A DNA stretch of 64,000 nucleotides from an uncultured delta proteobacterium (GCA_963706575.1 CAVPNL010000004.1:448001-512000); one strand, 5' to 3'. Counted from the stretch's first letter, positions 19,363-28,863 are shown. Notes: generated by a model from the sequence alone, not told the origin. Translations and numbers: made by a program.

Positions 19363-19863
19363 ATGAAACATGTGACCTCCGCGATGCTTTTACTGCTTTT
19401 TCTGGTCTGGTTTGCCGGTCCTGTTTTGGCCCAAGAAGTCATCGTGTTCCCCGCCAAAGGCCAGAGTGAAGAGCAGATGGAACAGGATAAGTTCCAGTGT
19501 TACTCCTGGGCAAAAAAGGAAAGCGGCTTCGATCCCATGGAAATACCAACTGCAACGGCACCCCCGCCAAAGAAAGAAGCGCAAAAAGGCGGTGCGGGGC
19601 GCGGTGCTGTTGCCGGCGCTGCAACCGGTGCGATTGTCGGCGGCATCGTCAAAGGCAGAAAAGGTGCCGGTAGAGGCGCTATCATTGGCGGTGGCAGCGG
19701 TGCCCTTCTCGGTGGTATGCGAAGAGAGAACCAGAGGAAGCAGGAGGAACAAGCACGAAATCAATGGGAACGGGAACAGGCTAACGCATATATGCAGAAG
19801 CGCAATACCTACAATCGCGCATATAGCGCATGCCTTGAAGGAAAAGGTTATACGGTAAAATAG
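19363..19863 (+). CDS. Exported glycine-zipper domain protein
   Basis: Signal peptide, PAKGQS..Q..QDKFQCYSWA, GxxxG zipper, YNRAYSACLEGKGYTVK. Confidence 0.85.
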   Translation: MKHVTSAMLLLLFLVWFAGPVLAQEVIVFPAKGQSEEQMEQDKFQCYSWAKKESGFDPMEIPTATAPPPKKEAQKGGAGRGAVAGAATGAIVGGIVKGRKGAGRGAIIGGGSGALLGGMRRENQRKQEEQARNQWEREQANAYMQKRNTYNRAYSACLEGKGYTVK

Positions 19864-19943
19864 GATTTCGGATTGATTGGATTTGCGATTTTAAAATTTG
19901 GATTTTGAATTAAGAAAAATGAGATCCAAACTAAGGAGATAAT

Positions 19944-20378
19944 ATGAAGAAAATATGCATATATGGACTTGTAGCCGTATTTTTTTTCTTTTTTTCGGTG
20001 CCAGTATTTTCCGGTGATTTTGATGGCTCCAAACCGCTGATCTGTGCGGTGATGGATCTTGTTGAATGCCAACCGGGCGGTAAATGCCAGCAGGTAACCG
20101 CCGAAGAGGTAGGAATCCCCCTTTTTTCGAAAATAGATTTCAAAAAGAATGAAATCAGCGCAATCCTTGCTGATGGGACCAAAAGAAGCACACCGATCGA
20201 GAGATTCGAAAAGGTTGATGGCAAAATCATCATTCAGGGCGCAGAAGACGGTATCGAAGGTGTCAGAGATGGCGTGGGCTGGAGTATGGCCATCGCTGAA
20301 GAAACCGGCAAAACCGTGCTAACCGCCTCCGGCGACGAAGTCGGATTTGTGATATTTGGTGCCTGCACGCGGCCATAG
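19944..20378 (+). CDS. Conserved exported hypothetical protein
   Basis: AGGAG RBS, signal peptide, DFDGSKPLICA, C-terminal FGAC. Confidence 0.75.
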   Translation: MKKICIYGLVAVFFFFFSVPVFSGDFDGSKPLICAVMDLVECQPGGKCQQVTAEEVGIPLFSKIDFKKNEISAILADGTKRSTPIERFEKVDGKIIIQGAEDGIEGVRDGVGWSMAIAEETGKTVLTASGDEVGFVIFGACTRP

Positions 20379-20533
20379 GTAAAGTTACTCTCTCTTCATC
20401 AGGGCATACAAACGATTTAATAATTCAATATTTTTATCCCGTTTGGTTGAAATGACATATTTTGTCTGATAAGCATCAGTATAACGCCCTTTAAAAATTA
20501 CAAATCCCGCAACTATCCGTTAAGGAAACCGAA

Positions 20534-21085
20534 ATGACCCAGGAATTTGACCCTAAAAAGAGTTACCTGTCGGTTAAAGCCCATGAAAAAATGATCGCCT
20601 ATGTCGGCTTCAGGATTCAGGATGGAGGAGATGACCGGGATCAGGAGGGGGTAATAAAAATATCTTCCTCTCAACGTCCGTATGGGGGCGGATATATTAC
20701 CCTCACGTTTATTATGGATACCAGGGATGATAATGACTTAAAAGATAAGTTAAGCCAGCGCTTTAACAGCCTGACGGAGGATTCCCTCAGACCCTTCTTG
20801 GGAAAAGATATGCAGAAAATCGTCAAGGTCTCTTTGGATTCCTTAGAACAAATTCCGACATGGTATATCGAGGAGGTTAACGTTTACTTTAGCAAAATCG
20901 ATGATCGTGAGAACGTATTAGTTGAAGATCGATTGATACCAGCGTTGGAATCCAGCCTGTCATTTTCGTTTGATCCCGTGGAATGGTGGCCGGCTGACAG
21001 ACCTGTCAAAGAACCCGAAGAAGCGTCTTTAATGGGGCAGCTCTCTTTGAAGGCTATATTCCGGAAATGGTTTAAAGGGGATTAA
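20534..21085 (+). CDS. Hypothetical protein, co-oriented with the STAS gene
   Basis: AAGGA RBS, 183-aa ORF ending 14 bp before the next gene; no recognisable motif. Confidence 0.7.
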   Translation: MTQEFDPKKSYLSVKAHEKMIAYVGFRIQDGGDDRDQEGVIKISSSQRPYGGGYITLTFIMDTRDDNDLKDKLSQRFNSLTEDSLRPFLGKDMQKIVKVSLDSLEQIPTWYIEEVNVYFSKIDDRENVLVEDRLIPALESSLSFSFDPVEWWPADRPVKEPEEASLMGQLSLKAIFRKWFKGD

Positions 21086-21099
21086 AATAAGGAGGTTAC

Positions 21100-21465
21100 A
21101 TGACGCTTAAAGTCAATTCTGCTGAAACCCGACCCGGTGTTTTCACCGTATCGCCGATCGGGAGTCTGGATGGAAATACCTACAAGGTTTTGGAAGGTAC
21201 CGTGGAGGCGATCTTAAAGCAATTACCGGATATCATCATCTTCGATCTTGAATTCCTGGATTACATCAACAGCATGGGTATCCGGGTTCTTCTCAAAACC
21301 AAAAAAGAGCTTGAAAAAAATAGCGGCAAGATCATGTTCATGCACCTGCAGCCCCAGATCAGGAAGGTTTTTGATATTTTAAACGCCCTGCCAACTCTGC
21401 AGGTGTTTACCAGCATTCAGGAGATGGATGAGTATCTCGACGCGATGCAAAAAGCCGCCCGGTAG
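21100..21465 (+). CDS. STAS domain anti-sigma factor antagonist
   Basis: GSLDG, IIFDLEFLDYINSMGIRVLL (phospho-Ser region), IRKVFDI. Confidence 0.92.
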   Translation: MTLKVNSAETRPGVFTVSPIGSLDGNTYKVLEGTVEAILKQLPDIIIFDLEFLDYINSMGIRVLLKTKKELEKNSGKIMFMHLQPQIRKVFDILNALPTLQVFTSIQEMDEYLDAMQKAAR

Positions 21466-21566
21466 AGGGGATTTATAAGCAATTATCTTTAAACCGTGCG
21501 CTTTTTTGGTCTTCATCAAAACATTCCCCGCCGGGGATTTTAGATTACGGATTTGTAGAGGAGAAC

Positions 21567-21965
21567 ATGAAAAAATATGTTCTGTTGATTACACTGGCTT
21601 TTTTTCTGGTTGCATGTACCAGCGGTAAAACGGAATTCTTTCCGTCTCAGGGGTATTCAGCTGATGCAGCTGAAGTAACGGTTATCCGACAAGGCGGTAT
21701 GTTCGGAATGGGTTTTTCAATGCAGGTTCTTTGGGATGGTGAAGTCATCGCCCGCCTGAAGACCGGACAATATCTAACTTTTTACGTCGATCCCGGCGTT
21801 CACAAAATCGGCATACAGAAATCAACCATTACCGTCATGCTGGAAAGGGCGCGCAAACATTATTTTGCGATAAAAACCGATTCATCCCAATTCGGTTTTG
21901 AGATCGAACGTATTAGTGAAAACAAAGCAACGTCATGGATGGCGCAGGCGCAGTCAATAAATTAG
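21567..21965 (+). CDS. Lipoprotein, DUF2846-like
   Basis: Lipobox LVAC; LKTGQYLTFYVDPGVHKI pattern. Confidence 0.7.
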   Translation: MKKYVLLITLAFFLVACTSGKTEFFPSQGYSADAAEVTVIRQGGMFGMGFSMQVLWDGEVIARLKTGQYLTFYVDPGVHKIGIQKSTITVMLERARKHYFAIKTDSSQFGFEIERISENKATSWMAQAQSIN

Positions 21966-21967
21966 AT

Positions 21968-22009
21968 ATTTCGGATTGCAGAATGCGGATTGCGGATTTT
22001 GATTTTTGG
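21968..22009. repeat. Single GGATTGC-family heptamer arm
   Basis: atttcgg attgcag aatgcgg attgcgg attttga, directly after the stop. Shorter arms of the same family at 19863-19911 and 21535-21554. Confidence 0.8.
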
Positions 22010-22032
22010 AGAGAACCCCTATGTAAAAAAAA

Positions 22033-22059
22033 CGGGGCTTCCATGATATAGAAGCCCCG
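22033..22059. terminator. Intrinsic terminator hairpin, probably bidirectional
   Basis: cggggcttc-N9-gaagccccg with A and T runs on either side, between convergent genes. Confidence 0.7.
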
Positions 22060-22146
22060 CATTTTTTTTACTATTTTCCGAAAGTGCGGCAGTGCCTGAA
22101 GCCGATTCAGCTCCACCGCCACCCATCAGATAAAAAGACCGAATGC

Positions 22147-22917
22147 TTAGAACTTGAACACCACCAGCACGGCAGTGAAAAGTTGGGTTTCAGAGCCTTC
22201 ATCCACCACCGGGCTGCCATCATCGGCATCACCCACCAGCTGTTTGATTTGAGCCAGACCGCGCAGGTTCCAGCTTTGCGCAAAGGCCCAGTTGACACCC
22301 AGATCCAGACCAATGTCTTTGAAGCTCTCATCGGCGTCATAGGTCGGCAGCCCGCTCCGGGCCGAATCACTTCCGTTAACGCCAAAATAAGTTTGCATGT
22401 AATCATCGTCGGCATAGGTGGTGAAGGCGCCCATTGTAAGCGCCCATTCTGGGTTGATGATCCAGGTATAGCCGCCCTTGAGCGTAGCATACCAGCCCTC
22501 ATAAGCATTGCCCGTATCGCCTAATATATCTAAAAACACATACCAATTGTCCCACTCGATGCCGCCAAAAATACCGAACTCATTGGCGTCGCTGATATCC
22601 TTCATCCTGTCGACCCGGTCGTTTTCCACATTGTCTCGTTCCGATCGATAATTGTAGACCGGCCCCAGGCGCCAGAATTTGCTGGGGATCAAGTTGGCTC
22701 TCAGATTCAACCCCAGCAATTTCACATACATGCCGTTGTCGAATTTGGCGTCGGCTGCCGGTACCGGCACCAGCTCGTAATCAGATGAGCCCTCGTAATC
22801 AGGGGCCACACCGATACCGCCGCCGATGGAATATTGCCCGGCCTGGACTCCCGGGGTCACCAGCAGTGCGACCAGCAGCACGGCCAGCAACCAACCACAG
22901 ATTCCTTGATGTTTCAT
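22147..22917 (-). CDS. MipA/OmpV family outer membrane protein
   Basis: Signal peptide, GVAPDYEGSSDY, YMQTYFGV, DSP-like motif near the end, C-terminal Phe. Confidence 0.9.
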   Translation of the reverse strand: MKHQGICGWLLAVLLVALLVTPGVQAGQYSIGGGIGVAPDYEGSSDYELVPVPAADAKFDNGMYVKLLGLNLRANLIPSKFWRLGPVYNYRSERDNVENDRVDRMKDISDANEFGIFGGIEWDNWYVFLDILGDTGNAYEGWYATLKGGYTWIINPEWALTMGAFTTYADDDYMQTYFGVNGSDSARSGLPTYDADESFKDIGLDLGVNWAFAQSWNLRGLAQIKQLVGDADDGSPVVDEGSETQLFTAVLVVFKF

Positions 22918-23181
22918 CTTTCTCCTCCTTTTCCCTTGTTGTTTCGAACTATAGAATCACTGCAACTTTAAATAATGATACTTGTTATCATTTTGTCGAT
23001 TCTCGACAAAATAGATCAACAGAGATCAAAAGGCAAGAGAAAATAAAATTTTAACAATTGACGAGACCCGGATGATGCAGTTCCAATAAGCCTTTATGTA
23101 AGGTATATATCAGGGGAATTGTGTCTGGGAGACGGTCAATTTTATCCTGGAATGAGAATCATCGGGCACAAAATCTATTTT

Positions 23182-24189
23182 TCACCCGAGTTTTTTAAGC
23201 TCCAGCCCCATCAGGGTAATATCATCCTGCGGTTTGGCATTGTGGCCAAAATCCATCAGGGATTTAATAGACTTCTCGACCATGTCATTTATTGATTCTC
23301 CGCGCAGCGTTTCCAGTGTCTCGTAAAATCGCCCGGTACCATAAAATTCATCATCACGATTCTGATATTCAACGATTCCGTCCGTATAAACGAATAGTTT
23401 ATCGCCGGGATGAAGCTGGTGGCGCCCTTCCTCAAATCGGTCCGCCTGCTCGGTTAACAGGTGAAAATCTCCCGTTCCGATAGCCGGACCGCCCTTTGGC
23501 AATAGTTCCACCTTTCCGCTTTTGCACATCACAATGGAGTGCGGGTGCCCGGCATTGCTGTATCTTAATTCTCCGGTTGCGGTATTGATGATCATGTAGG
23601 TAATGGTAAAAAAATTATTGAAGCGTTCAAATGGAAACTCCGCATCAAGGGCGGCAAGTACCTCAGCCGGCGTCATTAATTGAAGGGGTTGTGATGATTT
23701 GCCGGTTTTTCTTTTGAATAGATGGCCTGAATTGGGCTGCAAAAACTGAGAAACCGAAACGGTGATCATTGCCGCTTCCACCCCGTGCCCGCTGACATCG
23801 AGCATGTAAATGGCCCAATGATCCTCATCCAGTCGAAACATATTGAAAATGTCTCCGCCCATATGTTCACAGGGCTCAAATTTCCAGGCAACCGCCATGT
23901 TCTCGGCTGAATCAATTTTTTGGGGCAAAAGGCTTTTCTGGATCTGAGCCGCCGCTGCAAGGTCGGCATCCAGCCGTTTTTGTTTGTCAAGCAGCTCCTG
24001 ATTCAGCTGGTTGAGCTTTTTTCCGGCGGCCGAATACTTTAAGACCAGATCCTGCAAAAGCTGGTTATTGATGCCGGTGTCTTTTAAAGAAGCCCAGTAC
24101 TCTATAATTTGCTTTACCAGCGAGGCGTGCTGCGGCTTTTTGATGTCTAACTCTTTAATTTTATCTTTTAACGAGTCTTCGAAATTCAT
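23182..24189 (-). CDS. SpoIIE/RsbU-type PP2C serine phosphatase with N-terminal coiled coil
   Basis: AAQIQKSLLP, GGDIF, DVSGHG, NAGHP, YTDGIVE, DDIT. Start ATG 24189 is 1 bp after the upstream stop. Confidence 0.93.
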   Translation of the reverse strand: MNFEDSLKDKIKELDIKKPQHASLVKQIIEYWASLKDTGINNQLLQDLVLKYSAAGKKLNQLNQELLDKQKRLDADLAAAAQIQKSLLPQKIDSAENMAVAWKFEPCEHMGGDIFNMFRLDEDHWAIYMLDVSGHGVEAAMITVSVSQFLQPNSGHLFKRKTGKSSQPLQLMTPAEVLAALDAEFPFERFNNFFTITYMIINTATGELRYSNAGHPHSIVMCKSGKVELLPKGGPAIGTGDFHLLTEQADRFEEGRHQLHPGDKLFVYTDGIVEYQNRDDEFYGTGRFYETLETLRGESINDMVEKSIKSLMDFGHNAKPQDDITLMGLELKKLG

Positions 24190-24190
24190 C

Positions 24191-25054
24191 TTATTTAAAC
24201 CGTTGCCCAATTTTGTCGAAATTGAAACGATAATCGTCGTCAATGATGCCATCAATGCCCACCCCTTTTAAGGTGGCCAGCGATTCGAACACATAGCGAA
24301 GGGTCTCTTTGTCGTTGATGATACTGCCGTGCTGCGGTGCGATCGTCGTAAATGGAATGTCCAAAATCTGATCGAGTGAGTATCTTAACGCTTTTTCAGA
24401 TGGCATAACGGTTTTGTGGAAATTCAAGATGTCCCGGATCGGACAGATCTTCCTGCCCTTTGGGCATTCGGCAAGGCTGGCGCAATCCATACATTCCGGT
24501 TTCAAGTTTAGAAACAGTTCCCATTCGAGACCCAGACTGCCGAATAAATCGCTGGTGAACAGAATGCCGCTTTGGGGATCAAACGTAACGATGCTGCCGC
24601 CCGAATGTGAGTATGGGGTTTTGATAAACTGCAGAGTGCGCCCGGAAGAAAACGCATATTGATAATTCAGCTTGCTGATGGGAAGCAAGCGGGTGGCCAC
24701 CGAGTAATGGCGGATAAACATTAAATTTTCCGAATCGGATAGAATCTTCAGGTCATTTCTTTTGATGATATCTTCAAAATTAGGAATACTACCGCAAAGA
24801 TCAGGGTCATAGTGCTGGTAAAGCAAAGCGACAATCTGGTTGGGCGCAATGCCGGTTTGCAATATTTTCATCATCACCGTGGCAAAATCCGGGCGGCTGC
24901 CGCCGTCAATGACAATGGCCTCATCGTTATCAACAATCAGATACGGGTTACAATGCAAACCGGCCTGCTCATCGTAAAAGCCGACCCAGTGGACGCCTTC
25001 GGCGATTTCCACTGAACTCTCAAGGTCAATGTCGTCCTTTTTGAGGTTGTACAT
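24191..25054 (-). CDS. MBL-fold di-iron protein, ODP (oxygen-binding di-iron protein)-like
   Basis: EIAEGVHWVG, CNPYLI, IDGGS, QHYDPDLCGS, PYSHS, FTSDLFGS, IAPQHG. No flavodoxin domain. Confidence 0.8.
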   Translation of the reverse strand: MYNLKKDDIDLESSVEIAEGVHWVGFYDEQAGLHCNPYLIVDNDEAIVIDGGSRPDFATVMMKILQTGIAPNQIVALLYQHYDPDLCGSIPNFEDIIKRNDLKILSDSENLMFIRHYSVATRLLPISKLNYQYAFSSGRTLQFIKTPYSHSGGSIVTFDPQSGILFTSDLFGSLGLEWELFLNLKPECMDCASLAECPKGRKICPIRDILNFHKTVMPSEKALRYSLDQILDIPFTTIAPQHGSIINDKETLRYVFESLATLKGVGIDGIIDDDYRFNFDKIGQRFK

Positions 25055-25160
25055 ATCATCGTCCTTCTCAAGTATAAGGAATAAATTAATATTCCTTATA
25101 ATTTTTGTATTAAGCATCCCAATGTCAAGACCGTTGAAATAAAATAGCCGATCACAGACG

Positions 25161-25195
25161 TAAGCGGGGCTTCTGTATACCAGAAGCCCCGCTTA
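25161..25195. terminator. Intrinsic terminator hairpin downstream of the mla operon
   Basis: taagcggggcttctg-tatac-cagaagccccgctta, a perfect 15-bp stem. Confidence 0.7.
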
Positions 25196-25257
25196 TTTTT
25201 TCAAATTAAAATTGCCGACTGCATTTATACCAGTGTTATGAAATTTGGCAACGGGCC

Positions 25258-25419
25258 TAGTGTCATGCCCTATAAATAATTTGTAAAATGAATGTCACTC
25301 CCGCGCAGGCGGGAGTCCAGTTCAGAGATTCCGGATTCCCGCCTGCGCGGGAATGACGGATCGATACCATGACACAGAACTGAATAATATTTTAGAAGAT
25401 ATTTTTGGGACATGACACT
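25258..25419. mobile_element. MITE-like element with (T)AGTGTCATG termini enclosing a REP-like doublet
   Basis: Ends agtgtcatgccc (25259-25270) and gggacatgacact (25407-25419). Inner units tgtcactcccgcgcaggcgggagtccag (25293-25320) and ccggattcccgcctgcgcgggaatgac (25331-25357). Confidence 0.75.
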
Positions 25420-25424
25420 GTCGA

Positions 25425-26255
25425 TTATTCAGCAATCAATTTGTTACGATGTTCGACGTAGGCATCGCGAACCGCCACATAGGGGTCCAGTACGGCCTCT
25501 TTCATGGCATCGATATCGTCAATCTGAAACGATAATTCATTAAACTTGTCATAGGCCGTTATGGCCACTGTTGTCCGCCAGCTGTAACCGCCGAACTTAT
25601 CGTATCTGAGCCAGCTGACCGGATCTAAAAAATACGAGTCGATAAACCGGGCAGTATCGCGCAGGGTGTATGGCCCTAAAACGGGTAGCATAATGAAAAA
25701 ACCGTTTCCGGTGCCCCAGACGGCCAGTGTCTGGCCGAGGTCCTCGGGACTGGGCGGTAGATTTTCATAATGAGAAGCCACATCGCCGATGCCCAGAAAA
25801 CCGACGCTGGTGTTCAATAAAAAGGAGCCAAATTCCTCCGCGGCCTTAACGCCCTTGGCCTGCAAAAGGCAGTTGACAAATCGGATGGGAAATCTCAGAT
25901 TGTAAAAAAAATTTTTGACGCATGACCGAACTTCAACCGGCATAATCTTGTTGTATACTTTGGCCGTCGGCTTTAATAAAATAATGTACAGGCTGTCATT
26001 GAACCAGAACATATCACGGTTGAACTGGTGCAGGGGGTCGTTAATCTGGACGACATCATCCGCATATTCGTCATCGTCTTCGTAGTCTTCATCTTCCTCA
26101 GCTTCTGCTTCCTGACTTTGCTGGGCCAGATAGAGTCCGGGCTCACGGTCCGCTGCAAAAGCGGGAGTGCAAAAACAAACGATCGAGAAAAAAACCAACA
26201 TTATTGCCGCAGCCAATAATTTTTTCACGGGTTTCGCTCCTTTCTGCTTTTTCAT
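25425..26255 (-). CDS. mlaA: VacJ/MlaA family protein
   Basis: DPLHQFNRDMFWFND, NTSVGFLG, EDLGQTLAVWG, LPVLGP, DPYVAVRDAY. Confidence 0.92.
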   Translation of the reverse strand: MKKQKGAKPVKKLLAAAIMLVFFSIVCFCTPAFAADREPGLYLAQQSQEAEAEEDEDYEDDDEYADDVVQINDPLHQFNRDMFWFNDSLYIILLKPTAKVYNKIMPVEVRSCVKNFFYNLRFPIRFVNCLLQAKGVKAAEEFGSFLLNTSVGFLGIGDVASHYENLPPSPEDLGQTLAVWGTGNGFFIMLPVLGPYTLRDTARFIDSYFLDPVSWLRYDKFGGYSWRTTVAITAYDKFNELSFQIDDIDAMKEAVLDPYVAVRDAYVEHRNKLIAE

Positions 26256-26365
26256 ATGAAATCCGCCAACACCGATGCGCTTCGCCGGTTTCCGTCAAAA
26301 GGGGAATATTCGATAAAAACCCAATCAGCCATGACGTTTCGCCAGAAGACAGGGCGCCGGAAGCC

Positions 26366-26980
26366 TTAGCCGGCTGGCTTTTCTTTGGTTTTTTCCCGCA
26401 GGGTTTGCAGCAGGTCTTCGGGCTTCTTTGTCGAAAGAATCTGCCTGAACTGCCCGCGATAGTTTTTGACCATGCTGACGCCTTCGATGACGACATCGTA
26501 GACCCGCCATTGACCGCTTTTATCGGTCATCCGGTAAAACAAGGGCACCTTTTTATTATCCGTCGTGATAATATAGCTTTCAACTTCCACCCTGCCCTTC
26601 TTGAGTTCGGTCTCTTTGCCGAATTCGATTTTCTCCTGGGTATAGGCCAGAATGCGGTCCGCATAGATACCTTTAAGAAGTTCCTCAAAAAGCGTCACGA
26701 ATTCTTTTTGCTGATCCGGCGAAAAATTTTTCCATTCCCGCCCGAGGGTGCGCTGCGACAGCTCCTGCCAATCAAATACCTTATTAATGATCGTGCTGAT
26801 CTCAGTCAGTTTGGCGTCTTTCTGCAACCCTTTAAATTCCGGCGTCTGCATTTTGGCCAGCATCTTGTCGATTTGCGCTTTAACCGTGTCTTTTGCACCG
26901 CCGGCCAATACCGGCAACGGCAGGATCAATAAAACAACAAGTAGTATGATTATTTTCAGTCCGATACGTTTACTTTTCAT
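26366..26980 (-). CDS. mlaC: MlaC/Ttg2D phospholipid-binding periplasmic protein
   Basis: LGREWK, WRVYDVVIEGVSMVKNYRGQF. Confidence 0.92.
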   Translation of the reverse strand: MKSKRIGLKIIILLVVLLILPLPVLAGGAKDTVKAQIDKMLAKMQTPEFKGLQKDAKLTEISTIINKVFDWQELSQRTLGREWKNFSPDQQKEFVTLFEELLKGIYADRILAYTQEKIEFGKETELKKGRVEVESYIITTDNKKVPLFYRMTDKSGQWRVYDVVIEGVSMVKNYRGQFRQILSTKKPEDLLQTLREKTKEKPAG

Positions 26981-27071
26981 CTGTCTTTCCCTCCTGAAAA
27001 ACGAAAATTTACAACTTTAATAATATAGCCCGGCTAATCTTTAAGCGATATCATGTAACGCCCAATCCTGT

Positions 27072-27107
27072 TACCCAATACCGAATACCGAATACCTGAT
27101 ATCCAAT
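27072..27107. repeat. Single heptamer arm (TACCGAA / TTCGGTA family) directly after the mlaD stop
   Basis: tacccaa taccgaa taccgaa tacctga tatccaa. Confidence 0.8.
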
Positions 27108-27583
27108 TATTCTTCTTTTTCCTTCCCATCACCGCTGCCGACATCACCGAAGGCGTATTTGCTGACCAGGTCCATGATATCGGTCGGTGATTCGGTGTCG
27201 GTAATGGTATCACCGTTTGCCAGCAAATCACCACCGCCGCCGGCATCGATGCTGACGAATTTATCGCCGATCAGCCCCTCGGTTTTGATGGAGGCAATGG
27301 CATCATCGTAGACCTCGATGCCGTTATTAATTTTTAATTCAACCACCGCCACCTGTTTTTCCTGGTCCATTTTAAATGACTCCACCCGGCCGATCTCCAG
27401 GCCCAGCATATTCACGGGGTTGCCGACCCTCAGACCCGTCACCGAGGTAAACTTGGCATATAAAGAGTAGGTGTTTTCTCCGAGAAATCCGACATTGCCA
27501 AGTTTCACCGTCATATAACCGATGGCGAGTAAACCGATAACCACAAAAATTCCAACGACTGTTTCCTGGGTATACTTTTTCAT
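27107..27583 (-). CDS. mlaD: MCE family protein MlaD
   Basis: N-terminal TM helix, FTSVTGLRVGNPV..G.EIGRV, ASIKTEGLIGDKFV. Confidence 0.94.
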   Translation of the reverse strand: MKKYTQETVVGIFVVIGLLAIGYMTVKLGNVGFLGENTYSLYAKFTSVTGLRVGNPVNMLGLEIGRVESFKMDQEKQVAVVELKINNGIEVYDDAIASIKTEGLIGDKFVSIDAGGGGDLLANGDTITDTESPTDIMDLVSKYAFGDVGSGDGKEKEE

Positions 27584-28854
27584 TGAGTCTTACCTCCACG
27601 TTCACATTGAAAGCGTGCAATGGGTGTTTGATTAAAGCGCGCAAATTCCATAACTGATTCGATTTCAATCTGGGGTTTGCCCTGGGCCAGCCCGGCCAGG
27701 ATTTTAAATTCAAACCAATCCTCGGCTGGTTTTTCGCCCTCTGCCAACGTCTTAATATCGGGCAAACCGTGTTCCCGAAAATCCGTTTTAAAGTCCGCCA
27801 TGATGCGCTGGCCCTCATCCAGATCCGAGTACGGCAGCACGGTGGCATATTCATTAATGGTCTGCCGCGATGAAAATCCCCCGACGGCACCAAAATGTTT
27901 ATTAATGTAAGAACCCAGGGCCCGGATGATCTCCTGGGCGGCATCATGTCCCATATGCTCGATGATGCTGTCCAGATCATCGACGGCAAAGGCGGCCACC
28001 GCATACATGGCATCGGGGTTCCGCTTGCTCAAATCGGTTTGATAGCGGACCTTGAAGTGACGTTTGGAGTACAGGCCGCTAATGTCTTGCTGCAGACTTT
28101 CAAGGCTCGTCAGGATTTCTTCACGGAACGGATGCTCGAATTCCTCGAATTCATCCGGCGTGCCCTGGAAAACGATTTTTTTACCGTAGAGCGCTAAAAT
28201 GCGATTGGAGATAAAATAGACATCCGGAATTTCGTGGCTGATCAAAAGCGCGGTAAAACCAAAGCGGCTTTGATATTCCGCCACCATGCCCAGGATCGCA
28301 TTTTTACGAATGGGGTCCTGGCCGGTGGTGGGCTCATCGAAGAGCACCAGGGACGGATCGGTCACCAGCGCCCGGGCCAGCGCAGCCCGCTTCTGCATAC
28401 CACCCGACAATTCAGACGGATATTTATCAAACACCTCGGTCAGCTCGGTCTGCTCTATGCTGGCCATGGCCTTCTCTGTAATTTCCTTTTTGCCCATATG
28501 GGTGGTCTGACGCAGCGGCAGGGCCACATTTTCAACAACCGTCATCGAGTCAAAAAGGGCATTGTTTTGAAACATATAACTGATCGAACCGATGTAAGCG
28601 TTCCACTCTTTTTTACTCATTTGATCGATGGGCTTGCCGCGATATAGAACTTGGCCCTCATCGGGTTTGAGCAGTCCGATAATGTGCTTGAGCGTCACGC
28701 TCTTACCGGTACCGCTCAAACCGATCAAAGTGGTCACTTCACCCTCATAAATTTTAAAGTCGACCTTATCCAGAATCGTCCGCACGTCGAATCGTTTGGT
28801 CACCCCTTTAAATTCGATTATTGGTTCTTTTTCCACAACAGGCTCTTTTTCCAT
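27580..28854 (-). CDS. mlaF: MlaF-type ABC ATPase fused to a C-terminal degenerate GGDEF-like domain
   Basis: Walker A GLSGTGKS, LSGGMQKR, LFDEPT, SHEI, then ~175 extra residues: DISGLYSKR, FAVDDLDSIIEHMGHDAA, RQTINEY. Confidence 0.88.
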   Translation of the reverse strand: MEKEPVVEKEPIIEFKGVTKRFDVRTILDKVDFKIYEGEVTTLIGLSGTGKSVTLKHIIGLLKPDEGQVLYRGKPIDQMSKKEWNAYIGSISYMFQNNALFDSMTVVENVALPLRQTTHMGKKEITEKAMASIEQTELTEVFDKYPSELSGGMQKRAALARALVTDPSLVLFDEPTTGQDPIRKNAILGMVAEYQSRFGFTALLISHEIPDVYFISNRILALYGKKIVFQGTPDEFEEFEHPFREEILTSLESLQQDISGLYSKRHFKVRYQTDLSKRNPDAMYAVAAFAVDDLDSIIEHMGHDAAQEIIRALGSYINKHFGAVGGFSSRQTINEYATVLPYSDLDEGQRIMADFKTDFREHGLPDIKTLAEGEKPAEDWFEFKILAGLAQGKPQIEIESVMEFARFNQTPIARFQCERGGKTQ

Positions 28855-28863
28855 AATAGGCCC

